A stretch of 32,000 bases of DNA from an uncultured archaeon (GTDB taxonomy: Archaea; Asgardarchaeota; Jordiarchaeia; Jordiarchaeales; Jordiarchaeaceae): positions 29,166-61,165 of the forward strand of contig CAZECW010000072.1 in NCBI GenBank assembly GCA_964510585.1, given 5' to 3'. The notes under the pieces are model-generated. The model had not been told where the DNA came from, did not search any database, and worked only from the letters and a program-made list of their open reading frames with translations. Each line of letters opens with the position of its first letter. The first letter of the stretch is position 1. A program made the translations under genes and the position numbers. Positions 1 through 10,875 of the stretch are shown here, in pieces.

Positions 1-8
1 TCCTCTGA

Positions 9-1007
<999 letters not shown>

Positions 1008-1063
1008 TCTCTTTTTATTTTGTTGAAATTCACTATTAGCCATTCTCAATACAGACTAAATTT

Positions 1064-3922
1064 TTAACGGTTATCTCTTGATTGGAGTGTTTTATTCCAG
1101 AACTCTCTTGTTCTTACGAATTCCTTCTCCGCATCAATGATTGCTCTGTAAAAATCGCTCTCGGTTTTTAGCTCTTTAGATAGAATGCGATTAGCTGCTA
1201 ATGGTCCTATACCCCTTCCAGCTAGACAAATTATCGCCTTTTTTCCATAATTAATTACTAAGTTAGCAGTTTTAATGCCATTTTGAAAAATTTTTTCTTC
1301 TTCTTTTGAAAGTTTTGCTCCGTTTTTTCTTAGTTTTAAAATTTTGCTAAATTCAGAATCTTCGTAGTGTAATACTGCTAACAAACGCGATTTACATTTT
1401 GGGCATTGCGGGTATTCAGGTAAAGTTTCCACTGTTCTCACGGTTTCCCATCCTTCGCACGAAGCCCATACACAAACGAGCTTAACTCTTTTGTTAAGCA
1501 AGCGTTCCTTAACCACTGTTAATAACTCAGATAGGGGAAGGGGTGGAGAAATAATTTCTTTAGCTCCCCACTGTATTGCCATTTCAGTGAGCGGGCTTGG
1601 TTTTTCACTTTTTAGGAAGCAAACTTGAATTCCTCCCTCTTTTATTGCCTTTAGAATACTTTCTGTCTCTTTTATGTCAAGTTTTTCTGTGAGTAGCTCC
1701 CTTATAGTTTCTTCTGCAATGGGTGTATTATTAAATATAAATGCAAGCTTTCTGGAGTTAATCTGATAGTCTCCACCGTTTTTTTCGATTGTCCCAAATC
1801 TTTTTGCCACCTGTGTGAGCCGCCACCGATACAAATTGGATCTTTTAAGTGTTATTTTCAATATGTTATCAATTAGCTGTGGTTCTAGCTCCCCTAATAC
1901 ATTAACCACTATTTCTGAGTCTACATTCTTGGGCATTTGAAGGAGTATATGGTAGGGTGTGCTCCTCATAGCGACTGAAGTTCCTATTCTCGTAGTTAAA
2001 AGATCAGAGATTATCCTTCCTAAGGTTTCATTAACTTTACTCCCAAAACATGCATGTATAACTACAAAATCGCCAACACCTTCAATTAGGATTCGGTTAT
2101 GAACCGGCACCACACCTACAGCGTCTATTTGTTCCTTAATTTTTTCAACTACAATTCTCATCGATTCTTCATCCATGGGGTAGCCCTCAAATGGATTCTC
2201 ACCACTAGGATCTCTAATCCATCTACAAATACTATCCCTAAGCCTTCCAACTTTTTGGGCTACCTCAAATGAAACAGGTATAAGTTCTCCCTCCCAAGAG
2301 GGCACAGCACCGATTATGTTATCGACTTTCTCGACATTTACTCTGCCCTCCTCAATGCTCACTATTCTCCAAGGTTGTCCATGAATTATGAATTTTAATC
2401 CCTTTTCCGCTTTTGTAGAAACAAACTCCTCATCAAGTGTTCCAATACTTCTTTCAGAAGCTAAATCAAAAACCTCGTAATGTTTAACATCAGGTATCAT
2501 GGAGAGATTTTCATAGTAGTATTTCCATGTTTTAACTCTCCTTCGGAGCTTGCCTCCATCAAGGCTAATCAGCCATAGTTCTTTCATCAAATTTGTAACT
2601 TTATAAATAGTTTCATAATCAATATTTTGATACAGCCAAGATCTTCTAAAAATATTATATAGCTCCTCGATTGTTGTTTCCCCTTTATCCAGAAGTACCC
2701 CAGCAATCTGATGAGCAAGTACGTCAAGTGCCATATTATGCATAACTATGCTTTCTAAATTATCATTAATCGCATCCCTTATTAAAACAGCCGATTCACA
2801 TATATCGTCTATGTCCATCGAAAGTATAGTTCCTCTCGGTGTTTGTCCTACTCGGTGCCCACTCCTGCCAACTCTCTGAACCAAGCGGGTTACTTGCCTA
2901 GGCGAGGAATATTGAATAACATAATCTACAGAACCCACATCTATACCTAGTTCAAGAGACGAAGTGCAAATCACAGCTTTAATCTCCTCCTCTTTAAATC
3001 CCTTTTCGGCATTCATTCTCATCTCTCTAGAAAGCGAGCCATGGTGAACATCAAAATTGAAACGGGGATTAAGAAGACTAAGTCTGGAACCCAAAATTTC
3101 TGCCATTTGGCGTGTGTTAACGAAAATCAGAACTGAGCTGTATCTTTCGATTATTTCTTTGATTCTTCTTAATTTTGCTATAATCTCGCTTGGCACCCTA
3201 AGCTTTTTAGACAAAGCATCATCTTCAGAAGTAGGAGGAATTGTTTCAACACTAACCTGAAAATCTCCCTCCCTGCCCGTTGAAATAATGTTAACTTTTT
3301 CATTTACCCCTCCTAAAAATTTTGCGACCTCTTCAACGCTACCAATCGTAGCCGATAGTCCTATTCTCTGAAAATTATGATCTGTAATCTCGCGAAGCCT
3401 TTCAAGAGCTAATGAAAGTTGAGCGCCCCTCTTATCTGTTACAATCTCATGAATCTCATCTACTACCACAAAACGTAAACACTTCAGCAGCTTCCCCATC
3501 TTCTTTGCAGGTATTATAGCTTGGAGGGTTTCGGGGGTTGTTATTAAAAGTGATGGAGGTTCTAGGAGCTGTTTTCTCCGTTCATAACTAGTTGTATCTC
3601 CATGTCTAACGGACATTCTGATGCCTAGTTCTTGAGCGATATCCTCCATTCGTTTCAAAATGTCACGATTCAAGGCTCGAAGAGGTGTAACATACAATCC
3701 GAAAACGCCTTTTTCCTTTGATTGTAATTCTAATAATTTATGAAATATAGGGAAAAACACGGCTTCCGTTTTGCCGCTTCCTGTGGGAGAAATCAGTAAA
3801 ACATTTTCCCCTTTAAGAATTCGGGGTATTGCCTGATTTTGGGGTGAGGTGGCCTCTAAATAACCCCTTTTTCGAATAACTTCTCTAACTTCACTGGAAA
3901 GTAAATCAAATACTCCCGCCAA
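1064..3922 (-). CDS. lhr: Lhr-family ATP-dependent SF2 helicase
   Basis: SPTGSGKT, DEIH, GLSAT, HHGSLS, TSSLELGID, QRVGRSGH and PSWEGE motifs; C-terminal CPKC zinc motif; 952 aa. Confidence 0.95.
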   Translation of the reverse strand: MAGVFDLLSSEVREVIRKRGYLEATSPQNQAIPRILKGENVLLISPTGSGKTEAVFFPIFHKLLELQSKEKGVFGLYVTPLRALNRDILKRMEDIAQELGIRMSVRHGDTTSYERRKQLLEPPSLLITTPETLQAIIPAKKMGKLLKCLRFVVVDEIHEIVTDKRGAQLSLALERLREITDHNFQRIGLSATIGSVEEVAKFLGGVNEKVNIISTGREGDFQVSVETIPPTSEDDALSKKLRVPSEIIAKLRRIKEIIERYSSVLIFVNTRQMAEILGSRLSLLNPRFNFDVHHGSLSREMRMNAEKGFKEEEIKAVICTSSLELGIDVGSVDYVIQYSSPRQVTRLVQRVGRSGHRVGQTPRGTILSMDIDDICESAVLIRDAINDNLESIVMHNMALDVLAHQIAGVLLDKGETTIEELYNIFRRSWLYQNIDYETIYKVTNLMKELWLISLDGGKLRRRVKTWKYYYENLSMIPDVKHYEVFDLASERSIGTLDEEFVSTKAEKGLKFIIHGQPWRIVSIEEGRVNVEKVDNIIGAVPSWEGELIPVSFEVAQKVGRLRDSICRWIRDPSGENPFEGYPMDEESMRIVVEKIKEQIDAVGVVPVHNRILIEGVGDFVVIHACFGSKVNETLGRIISDLLTTRIGTSVAMRSTPYHILLQMPKNVDSEIVVNVLGELEPQLIDNILKITLKRSNLYRWRLTQVAKRFGTIEKNGGDYQINSRKLAFIFNNTPIAEETIRELLTEKLDIKETESILKAIKEGGIQVCFLKSEKPSPLTEMAIQWGAKEIISPPLPLSELLTVVKERLLNKRVKLVCVWASCEGWETVRTVETLPEYPQCPKCKSRLLAVLHYEDSEFSKILKLRKNGAKLSKEEEKIFQNGIKTANLVINYGKKAIICLAGRGIGPLAANRILSKELKTESDFYRAIIDAEKEFVRTREFWNKTLQSRDNR

Positions 3923-4016
3923 AAATCATACCTCTAAAAGTCAAGAGAATAAAAACTTGGTGAGATTAATATCTTTTGACATCAAACTAGATATAACTGT
4001 ATATTGTTAAATGTAG

Positions 4017-4868
4017 TCATCTATCTTGCTTAACCAGTCTACTACAATTTTCTAAGCTTCCAAGAAAAGTTCCATCCAACAGTTTAACCTTTGCTGTACT
4101 TTTTTCCACAAAGTTTGAAGATAATATGGGCCCAAGAAAGTTTATCTCAGGACGATTAAGCGCAACTCCTCCCAAGAGGGGATTAAACGCCGGCATCACG
4201 ATGATTTTCGGATTTCCAATTTGGACTAATGCACTTTTTGAATCTTCTGAGGAAAAGGAAGCACCTCTTGAACCAAGATTACCAGCAAATGGTGCTACAA
4301 CTTTTTCCTTACTCCATTGAACTTCTAACCATACAGGTTCAAACCATTTTCCTCCCAACCCATCTCTCATTTCGATGATTGGATGATTATGTCCAGTTAT
4401 AATGTAGTCTGCTTGAAGTAAATCCGGTTTAGGCCACGCATGTCCATGAATAAGTCCTACCTTAACGTCATCATCCACAATAAGAAATCCTTTGGAAGAA
4501 TGAACAAGGATATTCTTAGGTAAAAGCAAATTAAGATTCGAATCATGGTTACCTAAAACAATTTGAACTCTGGTTTTTCTAGAAATTTCTTCTAGAAGTT
4601 TTGTGACCCCTCGCCACTCCAATGAGGGAACATTAAAAATATTATGTTTAATATCACCCAAAATGATAAGATCATCTGGATTTGTCAACTCAACAAGATC
4701 TAAAATCTTCGCCTTCATCCCCTCCACCTGGGAGGGAATCACCACTCCCTTCTGTGCCAAAAGAAATTCGTAACCCAAGTGCAAATCCGCTATACACATG
4801 ATTTTTTTATTTGAAAAATTCATAAGAAGTGCTGGCTCATTAACGATAGGAAAAATTGGCTTAACCAA
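4017..4868 (-). CDS. Calcineurin-like metallophosphoesterase (type commonly adjacent to lhr)
   Basis: ADLHLG, GDIKH, GNHD, HGH, GHNHP and MPAFN motifs. The ORF opens at 4928; TTG at 4868 is preferred because GGGGTG lies just upstream. Confidence 0.9.
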   Translation of the reverse strand: MVKPIFPIVNEPALLMNFSNKKIMCIADLHLGYEFLLAQKGVVIPSQVEGMKAKILDLVELTNPDDLIILGDIKHNIFNVPSLEWRGVTKLLEEISRKTRVQIVLGNHDSNLNLLLPKNILVHSSKGFLIVDDDVKVGLIHGHAWPKPDLLQADYIITGHNHPIIEMRDGLGGKWFEPVWLEVQWSKEKVVAPFAGNLGSRGASFSSEDSKSALVQIGNPKIIVMPAFNPLLGGVALNRPEINFLGPILSSNFVEKSTAKVKLLDGTFLGSLENCSRLVKQDR

Positions 4869-5458
4869 GTGCGACACCCCTAAATAAAGGATAAAGCAAT
4901 TAATAAAATTTGAGAGGAACGCGACCACACGCTTTAAGGTGATACATAAACTTCCCCCGATGAAAAACTTTTCTCAGCTAGTACGAATTTAATAAATAGC
5001 CATTTTTAGGAATTAAACAGTATGTTCCCTACACTTAATTCTGACCCCAACCTATGCATCCACCTCCGCCCTAAGAAGCGATTAGTAGGTGGGTAAGTCT
5101 ATCACATCCATAATAGAGGACGAGAAGAAATCAGACTCTTTTTTAGCTAATGCTTTTGCAACTCCATTTGAATATTTATAGAGGGGGAGATCCTTTATGA
5201 TAGATTTCCCAGTGAAGCTGAAGACGCTCATATAGAAGACTCCCCGATTTCGAGAAATAAGATGTCAGAAAGTATTAGGTAACTTAATTTCCAAAAACAC
5301 ATTTATATCACTACACCTTAAGGTAAACTCCATGCCTCGAACAGTTTCGTGGAAACCATCCAAAGGTACAACTTAGTAAATGTAAAATGAGAGAAGAGGT
5401 AACTTTTTATTGTACGTCAGAGAGTTGTTAAAGACAGTTTCCATTGGGTGCTTAACTT

Positions 5459-5866
5459 ATGGAAATAATTGAGCAGATTAACGCCAACAAGTGCATAACT
5501 GGGGAGAACTTGGAAAAACTAGTGTCCCACTTCGGCGAACGCATATGGAAGGCTTTAAGAGCAGTAACAGAGAAGCGAGTAACAAAATATATTTTTAAGC
5601 CCAGCGATAAAGAGATTTGGACAGTTTCTGGTAAAAATAGAGATTACCTCGTAATTTCCGATTTTTATTGTACCTGTGACGACTTCTACATAAATGTGGT
5701 AATAAGGAAAAAGAGTAAGGTCTGCTATCATATTTTAGCCAAAAAACTTGGCGAAGCATTAGACCTATATACAAGCACCTATCAAACAGATGATAATTAC
5801 GAAAAACTTATGCTGAAATTAAAAACAATAGAAATCAGAAATGCAAAAAGGAATATAGAAAAATGA
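5459..5866 (+). CDS. SWIM zinc-finger protein
   Basis: CTCDDF...CYHILA (CxC-Xn-CxH) pattern. Confidence 0.85.
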   Translation: MEIIEQINANKCITGENLEKLVSHFGERIWKALRAVTEKRVTKYIFKPSDKEIWTVSGKNRDYLVISDFYCTCDDFYINVVIRKKSKVCYHILAKKLGEALDLYTSTYQTDDNYEKLMLKLKTIEIRNAKRNIEK

Positions 5867-5887
5867 AGAAATAAACTGGTGTGCACC

Positions 5888-5992
5888 ATGTATATTGACT
5901 TTACCTTTATTCAAATCCTAATAACAATACTCGGTATACTCACACTAATTTTCATAATAGCTTACTCAATAATTGAAACAGAAGAGAAATGA
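5888..5992 (+). CDS. 34-aa single-pass membrane microprotein (not in ORF track)
   Basis: Translates to MYIDFTFIQILITILGILTLIFIIAYSIIETEEK. GGTGTG precedes the ATG, and its TGA overlaps the next ATG (ATGA at 5989-5992). Confidence 0.6.
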   Translation: MYIDFTFIQILITILGILTLIFIIAYSIIETEEK

Positions 5993-6306
5993 CTTCCATC
6001 AACCTAGCACCTATATACATTCTTCTTAACTATAGCACAAGTACTAGAGATCTATCACTACAATTAGTAAAGAGAGGTAGCAGATTGGATGAAGAAACCA
6101 TGAATAAAATATGGGAAGCCTATAGGAAAGCCGCTCCACATTTATGTGAAACCCTTTGGCTAAAAAGCGAGCTAAATAATCTAATCTCAAATACAAAAAA
6201 TTTTGAAGCCTTAATTCACAATCTAAACCAAAAAATGGAAAATGAAAAATCAATATCCCGAAAAACCGACTTAAAAATTCTTATTTTTTATCTAACCTCA
6301 AAATAA
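5989..6306 (+). CDS. Hypothetical protein, 105 aa
   Basis: ATGA overlap with the upstream microprotein; same strand as the SWIM gene; no recognisable motif. Confidence 0.55.
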   Translation: MTSINLAPIYILLNYSTSTRDLSLQLVKRGSRLDEETMNKIWEAYRKAAPHLCETLWLKSELNNLISNTKNFEALIHNLNQKMENEKSISRKTDLKILIFYLTSK

Positions 6307-7342
6307 CCCCAATCAGGTGATGTAGAATTGATCGGCTTTGGTTCTTATTTCGTTGCTCTAAATTGGGAAAGAAACCGTATAAATGCTCCTTTTTCAAAAT
6401 AAAGCTGAACCTTTCTGCATCATCCCCCAATCAGTTAATCAATTTAAAAAACCAAATATGTTAAGTGTTACTCTTTCACCCCACTAAGAATATAGTTGCG
6501 ATTTTGAGGGTATAACCACAATAAAATTGAAAACTGTTCTATCCAGAGCATACACTAAACCTTTCCTAGTATATCAAACTACATAGAGCATTTTTAATCA
6601 GCCTTCATCAACAGTATTTTCGGCAAAATTATGAAAAGGCCCACTTATTTCAAAAGCACAGCTCCACCAAAAAGACGTAGGAAATTACACTTATTGCATT
6701 ATCCATAAAGTTCAAAAGGATTCCCTCTTGAATATTTCACTGGAGCGAAGGTTTTCCTTTTTTTACCTCTCATTTAGTCCTCCTCCCAATATGGAGACCT
6801 TCGCTCCCCAAGATTTCTGGACGCAGACAAACGTTCATACGCTTGCACATTCCAGATAGATATGAAAAACAAGTTTTTCATGCTAACCCCCATACGCTTG
6901 CGCGTTTAAGTATGAAACTAAATTTTTTATGGCAAAATATTAAAATATTTTTTTCAGTAGCGATGATACTTCTCAACCCCTTTTTTATGGTTCGAGTACC
7001 CGTATCTATCCAGTGGACACTTACATCCTCACACCATAATAATTCCTCACTTAGAAACTCAGTTGAACACTTCCCTCCCTTGAGCTGCCCCCAACAAACA
7101 ATTTGACCCCCCAGCTCTTTAAAGTTATACACGTTGAAATACTAACTTTTTTCAAGCTCACAATTTCGATACTTTTATTTACATAAAAAACATCATGTTT
7201 GTTAACAAAACATAAAATTCGAATACTTTCTACATAAAATTTTAGAAAACCTAAAAAGAATTCCAAAAGTATAAAAAAGTAACAGGAAAAAGAGCTAACC
7301 AAAAATAAGGAGTCTCACAATAAACTCTCGTCACGCAGAGGG

Positions 7343-8359
7343 TTGTTAGTGTTAAAAAAGCAAACTCGCAAATTAGTTCGCTGGGGAAGCAGCAACACTC
7401 TGATAATAAGCCTCCCCAGAGAATGGACGAAAAAAAACAATCTCACAAGCGACCAAGAAGTGAGCATCTTGGAGAATCCCGATGGCTCGCTCCTCATACT
7501 CCCCTCGCCCGTGACGCCCGAAAAAAATATACTAACCGCAACCATTGACATTCAGAAATATCCCACAAAAGAATTCTTAGACCAAATAATCCAAACCAAA
7601 TATCTTAGTGGAAACGATCTAATCACTATAACTTCAAAACAAGCTTTCACGCAAACACGATACCAAGAAATAACCCAAATTGCCCAAAACCTTTTAGGCT
7701 TCGAAATAACAAGCAAAACCCCCAACCAAATAACCCTACAAGACGTCATGAGCATACAGCAAACAAACCTCACTCTACTCATACGCATAATTAGCAGAAC
7801 CACCCTTGAACTTCTAGAAAACCTCATTCAAGCCCTAGAAGAAAACAACACAACCCTCGCTGAAGCTATCATCCAAAGCCGCGACAACATATACAAATAC
7901 CACATGAGAATAGTAAGACAACTCCGAAAAGCTCTCCAATACCCCGCCCTCCTCACACAAATGGAACTAACCGCCCAAGACACATTAGACTACACAACTT
8001 ACGTCACAACCATAAACGATATCGCCGAAAACATAGAAACCATGAGCCGAGCCATACTCAAATACCCACACCCACCAAAAAACAAACACCACCAAGCAAC
8101 CGTGGAACTAATTAAAGAAACACTGCAGCTCCTACAACAAGTAACAGGCGCCTTTTTATTCCACAAAGTACAAGACGCCATCGATACCCCAAGCACCATA
8201 TCCAAAATAAAAGAACAAAAAAGAGAAACCGAGATACAGATAGACAAAGAAACAAACCTACCCGGAGCAATCACTCTCCAAATAATACTAGACGCCACAG
8301 AAAAAATCGCTGAAGCCGCACGCCCCATAGCCCAAGCTGCACTAAGACAATCCCTATAA
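7343..8359 (+). CDS. AbrB/PhoU-domain phosphate uptake regulator (archaeal type)
   Basis: N-terminal RKLVRWGSSNTLIISLPREW and ENPDGSLLI AbrB-like signature, followed by helical PhoU-like repeats. Confidence 0.85.
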   Translation: MLVLKKQTRKLVRWGSSNTLIISLPREWTKKNNLTSDQEVSILENPDGSLLILPSPVTPEKNILTATIDIQKYPTKEFLDQIIQTKYLSGNDLITITSKQAFTQTRYQEITQIAQNLLGFEITSKTPNQITLQDVMSIQQTNLTLLIRIISRTTLELLENLIQALEENNTTLAEAIIQSRDNIYKYHMRIVRQLRKALQYPALLTQMELTAQDTLDYTTYVTTINDIAENIETMSRAILKYPHPPKNKHHQATVELIKETLQLLQQVTGAFLFHKVQDAIDTPSTISKIKEQKRETEIQIDKETNLPGAITLQIILDATEKIAEAARPIAQAALRQSL

Positions 8360-8613
8360 CTCACAACAAAAAAGCACGCCAAAACCAAAACAAACCACCA
8401 CAAAACCCTAACTTACTCAAAAACCACCACAACCAAAAATCCCCTCACAAATTAATCAAACACCAAAAAAGAAACACAAAACTTAAAACCAGAAACAACT
8501 AATAACCCCAACAAAAAAGCACACCATCACCCCCCGCTTAAAAATTAAACACCCACAAAAATTAATTAACGCCCAAAACCATTAAAGAATAAAAAATAAA
8601 CGGATGGTTAGGA

Positions 8614-10011
8614 ATGTACACACAAAGAAGATACAGAACAGTCCAAGAAGTAGCTGGTCCCCTAATAATAGTAGAAGGAGTAGAAGGCGTCTCATACAAC
8701 GAAGTAGTAAACATCGATACCCCCAGCGGAGAAAAAAGAAGAGGAACCGTACTAGAAGTAGGACGCGGAAAAGCAATAATACAAGTCTTTGAAGGAACAC
8801 GAGGACTAGACGCCGAACAAACAACAGTCAGATTCACAGGAGAACCCCTCAAAATCCCCCTCTCAACAGACATCCTAGGAAGAATATTCGACGGATCAGC
8901 ACAACCAATAGACGGAGGACCACCAATAATACCCGAAACAGAACTCGATATAAACGGCGCCCCAATAAACCCCTACGCCAGAACATACCCCCGAGAATTC
9001 ATCCAAACAGGAATCAGCGTAATAGACGGAATGAACTCCCTAGTAAGAGGACAAAAATTACCACTATTCTCAGGAGCAGGACTTCCCCACAATAGGATAG
9101 CAGCACAAATAGCAAGACAAGCAAAAGTACTCGGAGAAGAAGAAGAATTCGCAGTAGTATTCACCGCCATGGGAATAACAGAAGAAGAAGCACGATACTT
9201 CAGACAAGACTTCGAAAAAACAGGCGCCCTGGAAAACGTAGTAATGTTCCTAAATCTAGCAGACGACCCCGCAATCGAACGAATAATCACACCAAGATGC
9301 GCGCTAACCGCAGCAGAATACCTAGCCTACGAACTAGACCTACACCTACTAGTAATACTCACAGACATGACAAACTACGCAGAATCACTCCGAGAAATAT
9401 CAGCAGCCCGAGAAGAAGTACCAGGAAGAAGAGGATACCCCGGCTATCTATACACCGACCTAGCAACAATATATGAAAGAGCAGGAAGAATACGCGGAAG
9501 AAAAGGAACCATAACACAAATGCCAGTATTATCCATGCCCAACTACGATATTACTCACCCCATACCCGACCTTACAGGTTATATTACTGAGGGACAGCTT
9601 ATTGTTGATCAGGCTTTGCATCGTAAGGGTATTTATCCTCCAATTGACCCTCGTCCTTCTTTGAGTCGATTGATGAAGGAGGGTATTGGTGAAGAGCATA
9701 CGCGTTTTGATCATCGTGAGGTTAGTGACCAGTTGTACTACGGCTACAGTGAGGGGTGCGATTTGCGTGCTTTGGTGGCTGTGGTGGGTGAAGAAGCCTT
9801 GTTGCCTCGCGACCGGAAGTTTTTGGAGTTCGCTGACCGTTTCGAAAGGGAATTCATTAACCAGGGTGAATATGAAGAACGCAGCATAGAGCAGACCCTT
9901 GACCTCGCCTGGGAATTGTTGAGCATGTTTCCTGAGAGTGAGTTGAAGCGTATAGATCCTGAGACTGTGAACTGGGCGCGGGAAAACAAGAAGTACACAT
10001 TTGCGGCCTGA
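8614..10011 (+). CDS. atpB: A/V-type ATP synthase subunit B
   Basis: [33 protein letters not shown] and [15 protein letters not shown] motifs; 465 aa. Confidence 0.97.
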   Translation: MYTQRRYRTVQEVAGPLIIVEGVEGVSYNEVVNIDTPSGEKRRGTVLEVGRGKAIIQVFEGTRGLDAEQTTVRFTGEPLKIPLSTDILGRIFDGSAQPIDGGPPIIPETELDINGAPINPYARTYPREFIQTGISVIDGMNSLVRGQKLPLFSGAGLPHNRIAAQIARQAKVLGEEEEFAVVFTAMGITEEEARYFRQDFEKTGALENVVMFLNLADDPAIERIITPRCALTAAEYLAYELDLHLLVILTDMTNYAESLREISAAREEVPGRRGYPGYLYTDLATIYERAGRIRGRKGTITQMPVLSMPNYDITHPIPDLTGYITEGQLIVDQALHRKGIYPPIDPRPSLSRLMKEGIGEEHTRFDHREVSDQLYYGYSEGCDLRALVAVVGEEALLPRDRKFLEFADRFEREFINQGEYEERSIEQTLDLAWELLSMFPESELKRIDPETVNWARENKKYTFAA

Positions 10012-10058
10012 GGTGTGTGATGCCCTTTTTTAATTATTTGGAGTTGCGTGGTTGGAAG

Positions 10059-10119
10059 TCATTCTGCTGTCGCTCCCGATAAGATTCCCGGCATTGAGTC
10101 CAATTAAACCGCAGGCTCC
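10059..10119 (-). pseudogene. Isolated 61-nt fragment of archaeal 16S rRNA (about h30-h32)
   Basis: Minus strand reads GGAGCCTGCGGTTTAATTGGACTCAATGCCGGGAATCTTATCGGGAGCGACAGCAGAATGA, matching the conserved archaeal 16S segment as recalled. Flanks do not continue as rRNA. Confidence 0.85.
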
Positions 10120-10503
10120 TTGAATTAGTGAAAAATAGCTTTTTATTCTCATTTTTTAAAGAGGGGCTGAAAAAAGGGAAGGGAGAGAAAAAAGAAGGGA
10201 AAAAAGTTCGTTCCACCATAAAGATTCATGCATATGACCGGGTTTATGCTTCGTGTGTTTATTTTGGGATTTTGAGAGATTTCTCTATCATTTTTTTGGG
10301 GTTTTGTTGCTCCCTTTTTGTGGTTGTGATAGGTTGGGAGGTTTTAAGAAGAGATTTTGGTGGGTTTGTTTTTTGGTATTTGGAAGATTTAAATATCTAG
10401 AGCGGCTTATTTATAGTTTAGGAATGCAAGTGTTTGAAGGGTTGATTTAAATTTTTCTTGTTGGAGTAATGTTTTGGTTAAGTCTATGCGGTTGGTGTAA
10501 GGT

Positions 10504-10875
10504 ATGTCAGATAAGAATTCAAGAGAGGAGTGTGCTAAGGAATTTCTTCGTGCTACGCGTAAGGCTGTTCCAAAGATGGTGGAAGAGATAGAGAAGCGAG
10601 TAAAAATGGGTGAAACTGAGGCAGAATCGCTGGCTGCTTTTACGAATGAGTTAATTGACATTGCAAAGAAGACGGAAAAGGAAGTTAAAGATGTGCCTGT
10701 TAGTTGTTTTAATTGTCCTTTGGGTAATCAGCATAATGGTAATCCTTGTACTTTCTCTTCGCCGGGTCTCTGCAAAGAGGTGCAAAACGCTATTTGTGAT
10801 TTATTTGAGGGAAAGGCTCAGAATTGGTTTGGGTTCAGATCTAAAGATGTAGAAATGTTTGAGCAAGAAAAATAG
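10504..10875 (+). CDS. Hypothetical protein with Cys cluster (CFNC-x10-C-x7-C)
   Basis: 123-aa ORF with AAGGT upstream and protein-like composition; possible metal binding. Confidence 0.7.
   Translation: MSDKNSREECAKEFLRATRKAVPKMVEEIEKRVKMGETEAESLAAFTNELIDIAKKTEKEVKDVPVSCFNCPLGNQHNGNPCTFSSPGLCKEVQNAICDLFEGKAQNWFGFRSKDVEMFEQEK

Noticed and set aside
4230-4310. Hairpin in the phosphoesterase gene as another intron
   Set aside because: AGGAAAA/TTTTCCT and AGCACC/GGTGCT stems lack BHB geometry, and the frame is open.
6733-7020. ORB-like motifs (TCCAGTGGACAC at 7009-7020; TCCAGTGAAAT on the minus strand near 6740)
   Set aside because: Only partial matches without clear G-strings, no cdc6/orc1 nearby, and a similar match occurs inside a gene near 22495.
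6843-7302. Short overlapping ORFs in the intergenic region
   Set aside because: No motifs, mutually overlapping on both strands, and composition reflects AT-rich DNA.
8562-8873. Arg-rich and Leu-rich ORFs overlapping the atpB start
   Set aside because: They are by-products of the extreme A/C bias in alternative frames.
10034-10450. ORFs of 61-90 aa downstream of atpB
   Set aside because: Low-complexity Phe/Lys-rich translations of skewed non-coding DNA.
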